DNA of 32,000 bases, taken from Betaproteobacteria bacterium UKL13-2. GTDB lineage: Bacteria > Pseudomonadota > Gammaproteobacteria > Burkholderiales > Usitatibacteraceae. The translations under genes were made by a program, and so were the position numbers. Shown here in pieces: positions 10,068 to 16,613 of the stretch. Location: NCBI GenBank assembly GCA_001602455.1, contig CP012157.1, positions 25,733-57,732 of the forward strand, written 5' to 3'. The notes under the pieces are model-generated. The model ran no database searches. It was not told the origin of the DNA and saw only the letters and a program-made list of their open reading frames with translations. How positions within the stretch are numbered: position 1 is the first letter of the stretch; each line of letters opens with the position of its first letter.

Positions 10068-10309
10068 TTACGCGATGGGATTCCTCACGAACTGCCGTTC
10101 GGAATGACAGTAGTTTTTTAGGGCATCACCTCTCAAAATGCCATCGCGAGCGCAGTCGGCGAATCTCACGAACTGCCGTTCGGAATGACAGTAGTTTTTT
10201 AGGGCACCATCTCTCAAAATGCCATCGCGAGCGCAGTCGGGGGATCTCATGCAATGCCGTTCGGAATGACAGTGGTTTTAAAAGAGGAACAAGCCAAATT
10301 GGTTATCCA

Positions 10310-10367
10310 CTCATTCAGCGGCAACGTCCCTCGACGCCGTAGGCGACCCATGAAATAGTCAGGCTAG
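10310..10367 (-). repeat. REP-like element (L-type arm, reverse orientation) at the right flank of the tandem array
   Basis: The reverse complement reads CTAGCCTGACTATTTCATGGGTCGCCTACGGCGTCGAGGGACGTTGCCGCTGAATGA. This matches the copies at 15610, 16337, 30369 and 30666. Confidence 0.8.
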
Positions 10368-10506
10368 TGTACCGTCGGGCACAGCGGGGCGGCCTAAATT
10401 GGTCTATGCTACCGGGATGCTCCAACAGAAGTCTTGGCGATCACCATGTGTTTATGTTCGCAGAGCAGTATCAGGCGCGAGCGGCTTGTTGTCCAAAGGA
10501 GTTCCC

Positions 10507-11586
10507 ATGAATGAAACACGCCCACCTACTGCCGCATCCGCCGTTGATGCCTTTGGCGAGCTTGCGCGTGAGGCGGTGCGGGTGTCCGACCTCGCCCGCG
10601 AAACCATACGCCGATCTGAACTTCGGTATCGTCGATTGTTTGAAGCCGCGCAAGATGGCATCTTGCTGATCAACGCGGAGACGGGCCAGATCGACGATGT
10701 CAACCCGTTTTTGATGAAGCTGCTCGACTACTCGTATGACGAATTTTTAGGAAAAAAACTCTGGGAAGTTGGTTCGTTCAAAGACATCCAACAGACCAAA
10801 GACATGTTCGAGATACTACAAGATTCCGGGTATGTCAGGTACGACGATTTGCCGCTTAAAACCCGTGCCGGCGTGACCATCGACGTTGAATTTGTAAGCA
10901 ACCTATATGAAGTCGCTGGCGTAAAAGTCATCCAGTGCAACATCCGAGACATTAGCGATCGCAAGCGGCTGGAGGTGGCTTTGCTGAAGCACCATGAGCA
11001 ACTAAAGATCGCCTTAACCAATACCGTCCAGGTGGTCACGATGATCACTGCGTTGTCCGATCCGTACACCTCTGGGCATGAGCGACGAGTGGCACAGCTC
11101 GCAGTCGCTATTGGCAAAGAACTAAGATTTAGCGATCCACGGCTTGAGGGCCTGAAAGTGGCCGGGCATCTTCACGATGTGGGCAAGGTGGCGTGTCCTA
11201 CACAAATACTGACCAAGCCAGGGAAAATTAGCCCGATCGAGTACCAGTTGATCCAGGCGCATGCCCAGGCCGGTTATGACATTTTGCACACGATGGAATG
11301 GCCTTGGCCGGTCGCAGAAGTGGCATTACAGCATCACGAGCGTATGGATGGAACGGGCTACCCGAACGGATTAAAGGGCGATGAAATTTTGCTTGAGGCG
11401 CGCATCGTTGCCGTGGCGGATGTTGTCGAAGCCATGGCTTCGCACCGCCCCTATCGGGTAGGACTCGGCCTCGAAAAAGCGCTTGCCGAAATTTTGCAAG
11501 GACGCGGTACGAAGTACGATGCGGCGGTGGTTGACGCTTGTCTAAAATTGTTTAACGAGCAAGGATTTCAACTCTTGCCGTCGTGA
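10507..11586 (+). CDS. PAS domain-containing HD-GYP c-di-GMP phosphodiesterase
   Basis: PAS region (YRRLFEAAQDGILLINAETGQIDDVNPF...). HD-GYP motifs are HLHDVGK and HHERMDGTGYPNGL. The ATG at 10507 is preceded by AAGGAG. The track ORF starts upstream at 10399. Confidence 0.9.
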   Translation: MNETRPPTAASAVDAFGELAREAVRVSDLARETIRRSELRYRRLFEAAQDGILLINAETGQIDDVNPFLMKLLDYSYDEFLGKKLWEVGSFKDIQQTKDMFEILQDSGYVRYDDLPLKTRAGVTIDVEFVSNLYEVAGVKVIQCNIRDISDRKRLEVALLKHHEQLKIALTNTVQVVTMITALSDPYTSGHERRVAQLAVAIGKELRFSDPRLEGLKVAGHLHDVGKVACPTQILTKPGKISPIEYQLIQAHAQAGYDILHTMEWPWPVAEVALQHHERMDGTGYPNGLKGDEILLEARIVAVADVVEAMASHRPYRVGLGLEKALAEILQGRGTKYDAAVVDACLKLFNEQGFQLLPS

Positions 11587-11660
11587 CCGTCGTGGTCGTC
11601 GTGCCGTCGCCTGAATTCATGGCGGCGATCCCTCACCCGCCACCTAAGGAGAAATTGCAT

Positions 11661-12782
11661 ATGCAAACGCTGAACACGGCAAACGCGGTCACCACCAACC
11701 CACCCCACCGTCGGCTCGGCCGTCTGCTGCTTGATGGCGAGTTTGTGTCCGGCGGCGATTTCGCGCACGCGCTGGACGCGCAACAGCGGTCAACCAGTGT
11801 GCAACTCGGGCAAATCTTGGTCGAATTGGGTCGCCTTGATCCGGCGTATCTTAAAGCGGTATTGGCCATTCAGCAACACACGGGGCGGCTAGACGACGCC
11901 CTGAAGCTTGCCGGAGGCGTTCGCCAGCGGCTGGGGGAATTGCTGCTCGCTGCCCGCCGAATCACGCCGGCTCAGCTCAAAAGCGCACTGGAAGCGCAAC
12001 CGCAAAGTGGCAAACGCTTAGGTGAAATTCTCATTGAGCAGCGTATCTTAAAGCCAGGCGAACTCGACGCCTTGCTCAAATTCCAGCACAACCAAACCAA
12101 TGCGGCACAAGCGGTTAACCCATTGCAACTCGGCGAAATCCTCGTGGGAATGGGTGAGATCACTCGCCAACAGCTCGACGATGCGCTGGCACAGCAGGTA
12201 CACACACGTCGCAAGCTCGGTGAACTGCTCATTGAAGCGGGCCACCTTTTACATGCGGGCCTCAGTAAGGCCTTACGTTTGCAGCAAAAATTATTGGTTG
12301 CAGTGCTGATCGCAGTGCTTGCGCTCGGCTCGGTATCGCCTCCGGCAAGTGCCCTCGTGGGTGTCGCCCCGCCTCAGGCAGGCCAGAGTTTGCAGGTCTC
12401 AGTGACGGTGTTGGAGGTGCTCAGGCTGAGTGTTCTGCACCAAACACATACGATCACAGTGAAGGCCGAGGATGTGCAAAGGGGCTATGTTGATATCGTT
12501 GCTGGCACGAATTTGGAAATCCTGTCCAATGCCCTATCTGGCTTTAAGATGCAGTTCCAACTTCAAGACTCCGCATTCAAGGAAGTTGAGGTGAGCGGCC
12601 TGCACAAAAATATTGTGCTCGGTGGGAATGGTGCAAGCGGTGCAAGCCTGACCAGCGCCGCCCACTTTGAGCGTCAGGCGTTTCGGACAAACTACGAGCT
12701 CAGTTATCGATTTAAGGTGCCCGCAAATATGTCGGCGGGCGTCTATTCGTTTCCGGTGCAAATATCTCTGGCGAACCTGTAG
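11661..12782 (+). CDS. membrane-anchored protein with three tandem MshEN (T2SSE_N-like) c-di-GMP-binding modules and a C-terminal beta-rich extracytoplasmic domain
   Basis: Six 24-aa motifs of the form (R/Q/K)LGxxLLxxGxLxxxxLxxxLxxQ lie at nt 11712-12284, paired with 5-aa spacers. A single TM segment (LLVAVLIAVLALGSV) follows. The ATG at 11661 is preceded by AAGGAG. Confidence 0.8.
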   Translation: MQTLNTANAVTTNPPHRRLGRLLLDGEFVSGGDFAHALDAQQRSTSVQLGQILVELGRLDPAYLKAVLAIQQHTGRLDDALKLAGGVRQRLGELLLAARRITPAQLKSALEAQPQSGKRLGEILIEQRILKPGELDALLKFQHNQTNAAQAVNPLQLGEILVGMGEITRQQLDDALAQQVHTRRKLGELLIEAGHLLHAGLSKALRLQQKLLVAVLIAVLALGSVSPPASALVGVAPPQAGQSLQVSVTVLEVLRLSVLHQTHTITVKAEDVQRGYVDIVAGTNLEILSNALSGFKMQFQLQDSAFKEVEVSGLHKNIVLGGNGASGASLTSAAHFERQAFRTNYELSYRFKVPANMSAGVYSFPVQISLANL

Positions 12783-12905
12783 CCGTCGCCTGAATGCGCA
12801 CGCGCGATTGATGGCGGGATGATTGTCTCTGCCGACGATGTCAACTATTTGAAACACTGCCGCGACATAAAAAATGTTTTGTGCGGCGAAGGTTGGTTGG
12901 TGAAC

Positions 12906-12923
12906 TGATTGCAAAACTGTCAT
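12906..12923 (+). promoter_or_regulatory. possible Pho box (one perfect CTGTCAT half-site, weak upstream half-site) ahead of phoD
   Basis: TGATTGCAAAACTGTCAT, followed 12 nt later by TAATAA and about 38 nt before the phoD ATG. Only one half-site matches the consensus. Confidence 0.25.
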
Positions 12924-12961
12924 ATCCAGAGTTCGTAATAAGGGCTTTTTGGAGTAGCCCA

Positions 12962-14755
12962 ATGACCACACCTTCCGACAATAGTCGCCGCAAATTCATG
13001 ATCAACACCACGGCAACGGCAGCCGCTGCGGTGACGGTTTCATTGGCTGGCTGCTCGAGTAGCAGTTCGAGTGCAGGCCCAGCGCCAAAGTTTGCATTCG
13101 GGGTTGCCAGTGGTGACCCCTTGGCTGACCGCGTTATTCTGTGGACACACGCGAAGGCAACGGACAGCAATGCGACTATTCCGCTCACCTGGCAAGTTGC
13201 AACCGACGCCGCATTCATCAACATTGTTGCGAGCGGTCGCGTTGATGCGACGGAGTCGAATGGCTTTACCGCGAAGGTAGACGCGACCGGGTTGAACGCT
13301 GGGACGGACTATTTCTATCGGTTCATTGGCGATCAAAACACCTTCTCGCCAGCAGGCATTACGCGCACCTTGCCCGCCGCAAGTGCGACATCGGTGAAGT
13401 TTGCCGTGTTCTCGTGTTCGCTCTATTCAGAAGGATTCTTCAACGCCTACGACGCGGCCGCAAAATCAGATGCGCAATTCGCGCTCCACCTCGGTGATTA
13501 CATCTACGAGTACGGTGCTGGCCTCAATCAATACGGTAACGCCAACGCCGCGGCCTTAGGTCGTGTGGTTGTACCGGCGACCGATATCGTCTCACTTGCC
13601 GACTATCGAGCACGCTACGCGCTGTACCGCTCGGACCCGAACCTGCAAGCGGTTCACGCCAAAATGCCTTTCATTACCGTTTGGGATGATCATGAGTTCG
13701 CCAACGACGCATATGTTGGCGGTGCAGAGAATCATAAGGCCGCAACACAAGGCGACTGGAATCAGCGCAAAGCAATCGCATCCAAGGCGTATCACGAGTG
13801 GCTACCGATCCGTACACCAGATCCAGCGAATCTGTTAAAAATCTACCGTTCGTTCGACTTCGGCAATCTCTTTTCTCTCCATATGTTGGATACCCGAATC
13901 GAAGGTCGCGACCAGCAGTACGATAGCTTCGGGGATGCCGATGGTGGCATTGGCCGCTACATCACTGCAATTACGCCAAACGCCGGTGGTGTAACGACTG
14001 ACAGCGCACGAAAAATGATTAGCAGCACACAACAAGCATGGTTAGCGTCTCAAATGAACGCCTCACGCGCAACCTGGCAGATTCTCGGTAATCAAGACAT
14101 CATGGCCAAGATGTGGATTCCGTTTTCCGTCGCACAGTATTTCGGCGGCGCGACCGCGAATCCAACATTGGGAGCGGCGGCGATTCAAACTTACTTGGCG
14201 GCTAAGGCAAAACGTGCGGCGGCGGGTGCAGCCACGCTTAACGCGAATGAAGCGGCGCTACTCAATCCTTCACAGAATCCGCGCCTACCATTCAACCTCG
14301 ACTCATGGGATGGATACCCGTCTCAACGTGAGGCCATTCTGCAAACGGTTAAAGCGCAGGGTAAGAAGCTGGTGGTTCTCTCCGGTGATTCTCACAACGG
14401 CTGGTTTACCAGTCTTACAACACTTAGTGGCGAACGAGTCGGCTTTGAGTACGCTGGCGCTTCGGTCACCTCTACTGGTTTCGAAAGCGCTGGCCTCGGT
14501 GGCCTCGCGAGCTCGCTTGACGGCAGCGCGCTCGTGCCCCAACTTGGCAACGCTGCAATTGGTGCAGGACTCGGCCTCATCGACGACCTGAACTACTCAG
14601 ACACGATTCGTCGCGGTTATCTCATCATGACGGTCACACCCACAGCGGTGAAAGGCGAGTACGTTTATGTCAGCACCGTCAAGGCGACAGCCTACACAAC
14701 CTTAGTCGGTCGTACGATCACCGTCAACGCGACGGGCGGTGTGACGTACGCTTAA
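12962..14755 (+). CDS. phoD: alkaline phosphatase D family (PhoD), Tat-exported lipoprotein
   Basis: Twin-arginine signal SRRKFM plus lipobox LAGC. PhoD-type metallophosphatase motifs are GDYIYEY, WDDHE and SGDSHN. GGAG lies 8 nt upstream of the ATG at 12962. Confidence 0.9.
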   Translation: MTTPSDNSRRKFMINTTATAAAAVTVSLAGCSSSSSSAGPAPKFAFGVASGDPLADRVILWTHAKATDSNATIPLTWQVATDAAFINIVASGRVDATESNGFTAKVDATGLNAGTDYFYRFIGDQNTFSPAGITRTLPAASATSVKFAVFSCSLYSEGFFNAYDAAAKSDAQFALHLGDYIYEYGAGLNQYGNANAAALGRVVVPATDIVSLADYRARYALYRSDPNLQAVHAKMPFITVWDDHEFANDAYVGGAENHKAATQGDWNQRKAIASKAYHEWLPIRTPDPANLLKIYRSFDFGNLFSLHMLDTRIEGRDQQYDSFGDADGGIGRYITAITPNAGGVTTDSARKMISSTQQAWLASQMNASRATWQILGNQDIMAKMWIPFSVAQYFGGATANPTLGAAAIQTYLAAKAKRAAAGAATLNANEAALLNPSQNPRLPFNLDSWDGYPSQREAILQTVKAQGKKLVVLSGDSHNGWFTSLTTLSGERVGFEYAGASVTSTGFESAGLGGLASSLDGSALVPQLGNAAIGAGLGLIDDLNYSDTIRRGYLIMTVTPTAVKGEYVYVSTVKATAYTTLVGRTITVNATGGVTYA

Positions 14756-14820
14756 CCTAAATGCTTCATGGGTCGCCCACTCACCCGCTTTCGAATGCGC
14801 CCCCATGAAATGTTCAGACG
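14756..14820. repeat. REPIN-like hairpin element directly after the phoD stop
   Basis: CCTAAATGCTTCATGGG...CCCCCATGAAATGTTCAG terminal inverted repeat. The inner arm TCGCCCACTCACCCGCTTTCGAATGCGC matches the right arm of the 30369-30565 element. Confidence 0.8.
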
Positions 14821-14866
14821 AGCCTCAAGAATGAAGGTGCCCGCCATGACCGCTGCAAGAAAGCGG

Positions 14867-14977
14867 TCATTGGCGCTTGCGCTCTTCTTTCTTGAGCTTC
14901 TTCGCTTCTTTCTTTTCCTTCGGGGTTTTGGTCGCGGCTTTTTTGGTGTCTTTTTTGGTGTCTTTGGCTTTACTCAT
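14867..14977 (-). CDS. possible 36-aa lysine-rich small protein (MSKAKDTKKDTKKAATKTPKEKKEAKKLKKEERKRQ)
   Basis: The ATG is preceded by AAGGAG at 7 nt. A 9-bp perfect-stem hairpin (ATGACCGCT N7 AGCGGTCAT, 14845-14869) overlaps the stop. The ORF is below the track cutoff. Confidence 0.4.
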   Translation of the reverse strand: MSKAKDTKKDTKKAATKTPKEKKEAKKLKKEERKRQ

Positions 14978-15009
14978 GTTGTTGCTCCTTGGTGGGTACG
15001 ACGGTTACT

Positions 15010-15291
15010 CTAACGCACGTTGCTGCGGCTCATTGCTGGCAACGCGGCAGAGTCAGCGCTCTTTTCACTATCGATGGCCAACGTGATGGCATTCAATAAC
15101 GCATCCCGCACTGCGCTTTCCTTTCACCCCGTCGCAGCAGTCCACGCGCTGTTCACCACGACAACCAATTTTCGCGCAGGATCAAGGTTGATGAGTTGCC
15201 CGTAAATGCCTTCTGCCGCAAAGCTGCCGTTGTCACGCGTCCACCATTGTTCCAACGCCTCACGCACCGCACACAACAACACCGGCAAGAC
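15010..15291 (-). pseudogene. remnant of the C-terminus of a beta-lactamase-family serine hydrolase (no start codon, one frameshift)
   Basis: One frame reads ...EALEQWWTRDNGSFAAEGIYGQLINLDPARKLVVVVNSAWTAATG*. It continues in another frame as AVRDALLNAITLAIDSEK.... The pattern resembles the conserved C-terminal region of this family. An in-frame stop lies upstream at 15292-15294. Confidence 0.3.
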
Positions 15292-15422
15292 TCAAAAAAG
15301 TGGCAATTCGCATATCGATTAAGGCGGATCTGTTGGTGGCGACCCGCCTATTATTACGCAGGCCAACTGATGAATCTGCGTAATTTGCTTGCTTTTCTCC
15401 ATCAGTGCGCCCATGATAGGGC

Positions 15423-15590
15423 ATGACTACTTCTACAACTCCCAAAAAGCCGCGCGCCAAAAAGGCCGTTGCCGCCGCCGCCGAGCCGGCAACGCCGCAA
15501 ATCCTGCCTCGTGGCAGCGTTGCGCCCGTTGCTGCGGCGCCATTCACGCCACCGACGCCGTTTGTCAAAAAGAAGCCAACTTGGGCTTAG
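15423..15590 (+). CDS. possible 55-aa basic Pro/Ala-rich small protein (MTTSTTPKKPRAKKAVAAAAEP...)
   Basis: ATG-initiated ORF below the track cutoff with no convincing SD. Composition alone is weak evidence. Confidence 0.2.
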   Translation: MTTSTTPKKPRAKKAVAAAAEPATPQILPRGSVAPVAAAPFTPPTPFVKKKPTWA

Positions 15591-15609
15591 TGTTTTGCGC
15601 AAACACTCG

Positions 15610-15672
15610 CTATGAATATTTCATGGGTCGCCTGCTGCGCCGAGGGACGTTGCCCCTGAAACATTCAGGCTA
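15610..15672. repeat. REPIN-like element (minimal form)
   Basis: CTATGAATATTTCATGGGTCGCCTGCTGCGCCGAGGGACGTTGCCCCTGAAACATTCAGGCTA, with inverted termini TGAATATTTCA / TGAAACATTCA. Confidence 0.8.
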
Positions 15673-15680
15673 AGTTTGGC

Positions 15681-16232
15681 TCACGCCACGGCAACACGTT
15701 CGACGTAGGCCAAGAAGGCCGTAAGCGGCATTCCCGGCGCACCCACTGTTTTCGCCGCCTCATCAATGCGTCGAAGTGCAACCGCACTTGAAAAGGCGCT
15801 GGAACTGCGAAACGTCTGCGATTCCGCTTCGGTCATCGGGCCGCCTTGCCGCTTGAGCGAATCAATCGACCCTTGGGACAACAGCGCCTCGTAGGCGGCG
15901 TCATTCGCCACGAGATAGCGCTTGGCTTCTACGTGCAGGCGCACCGTCTCGACCACCGCACTGGTGAGGAACGGCGACAAAAATTCCGCGCCGATGTGTT
16001 CGTGATTGTCGCCGCCGTCGGTGTAGCGCCGACCTTCCGCCAGCACCACCATGTGGCCGATGTCGTGAAGGCCCGCCGCAACAATCAAGGCATCGTCCGC
16101 GCCGGCTGCCTGCGCTAATTGCGCACACTGCATGCTGTGATGCATCAACGTCACTGGCTCGGGGCCGTAGTGAACCGCCCCGTGGCGGGTAAACAACTGC
16201 GTGATTTTTTCGAGAAACTTATCTTTATCCAT
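15681..16232 (-). CDS. HD-domain protein of the phosphonate-degradation (PhnZ-like) oxygenase family
   Basis: 183 aa with HSMQCAQLAQAAGADDALIVAAGLHDIGH, HEHIGAEFL, HVEAKRYLV and RQGGPMTEAE. This matches the PhnZ/Phn-HD family pattern as I recall it. It sits in a phosphorus-acquisition context. Confidence 0.75.
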   Translation of the reverse strand: MDKDKFLEKITQLFTRHGAVHYGPEPVTLMHHSMQCAQLAQAAGADDALIVAAGLHDIGHMVVLAEGRRYTDGGDNHEHIGAEFLSPFLTSAVVETVRLHVEAKRYLVANDAAYEALLSQGSIDSLKRQGGPMTEAESQTFRSSSAFSSAVALRRIDEAAKTVGAPGMPLTAFLAYVERVAVA

Positions 16233-16336
16233 GAGCGGCGTACCTTTGAAATTCTGACCGCAGACCTACGCCAGTTAGGCATCGAGCGCGGCATCGATAT
16301 TGTGGCGTTCTTGGGCGTTGAGGACATCTGCCACTC

Positions 16337-16451
16337 GCCTGAATATTACACGGGTCGCCCGCTGCATCCAAGGACGTTGCCTCTAGGCGATTGGGAAGCC
16401 ATTTTGGCTCGTTCGGCTTTCGAACGTGCCCCCATGAAATGCTCAGGCTAG
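16337..16451. mobile_element. MITE-like element of the same REP family (L arm + spacer + R arm) between ptxD and the HD gene
   Basis: Left arm is GCCTGAATATTACACGGGTCGCCCGCTGCATCCAAGGACGTTGCCTCTAGGCG. Right arm is GCTTTCGAACGTGCCCCCATGAAATGCTCAGGCTAG. No coding capacity. Confidence 0.75.
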
Positions 16452-16613
16452 GCCAAGAGCGAAGGAGGTAAGGAAGAGTCAGGTTTTGGCGAGTACACGA
16501 CGCATGGGGAGTCCTCTATTGAGTTGTAAAGTTAGTGATGATATTAAATGTGAGCGGCACTCGCGGCGCCCATGCAACACACAGGCAGCGCTCATCCAAC
16601 GCACAGGCAGCGC

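Larger units (their letters stand above)
6232..10279. repeat. higher-order tandem repeat array: 28 copies of an 81-bp module A and 16 copies of a 113-bp module B, in units of 194 bp (B+A) and 275 bp (B+A+A)
   Basis: The anchor CCGTTCGGAATGACAGTG recurs at 6263, 6344, 6538, 6732, 6813, 7006, 7199, 7393, 7587, 7668, 7862, 8055, 8249, 8330, 8524, 8605, 8800, 8882, 9076, 9270, 9351, 9545, 9626, 9820, 9901, 10095, 10176 and 10257. Spacings are only 81-82 or 193-195 bp. Module order is AA-B-A-B-AA-B-A-B-A-B-A-B-AA-B-A-B-A-B-AA-B-AA-B-AA-B-A-B-AA-B-AA-B-AA-B-AAa, where the final a is truncated. Confidence 0.95.

Noticed and set aside
6420-10070. Integron attC-like sites in module B (GCGTAAC ... GTTGTTT resembles R''/R' cores)
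   Set aside because: The cores are imperfect (R' GTTGTTT does not fit GTTRRRY). There are no cassettes with ORFs between the sites, and no intI integrase or attI nearby.
6122-10250. Minus-strand ORFs of 60-152 aa inside the array (for example 9243-9497, 9518-9772, 9793-10047, 8570-9028; peptides ...RSLDYARDDNLRDGALKNHCHSER...)
   Set aside because: The 84-aa versions start at TTG (the track translates it as M) and have no SD. The 60-aa versions start at an ATG created by the A/B junction, also with no SD. The reading frame is broken in every 194-bp unit, since neither 194 nor 275 is a multiple of 3. The Cys/Arg/Asp-rich composition looks like translation of a palindromic repeat. The 81 bp = 27 codons coincidence alone keeps the frames open.
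6232-10279. CRISPR array interpretation of the big repeat region
   Set aside because: The sequences between A modules (module B) are themselves repeated 16 times at high identity, so there are no unique spacers. The repeat lengths (81 and 113 bp) are far outside CRISPR norms. No cas genes or leader are visible in the window.
6232-11586. Type III toxin-antitoxin-like arrangement (tandem RNA repeats upstream of a protein gene)
   Set aside because: The downstream gene is a PAS/HD-GYP signalling protein, not a ToxN/AbiE/CptN-like endoribonuclease. The repeat units are much longer than known antitoxin repeats, and a REP element plus about 220 bp separate the array from the gene.
14768-15013. 81-aa plus-strand ORF rich in Phe/Leu/Arg
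   Set aside because: It starts inside a REP element. It is the antisense translation of the Lys-rich 36-aa minus-strand ORF, which has a proper SD.
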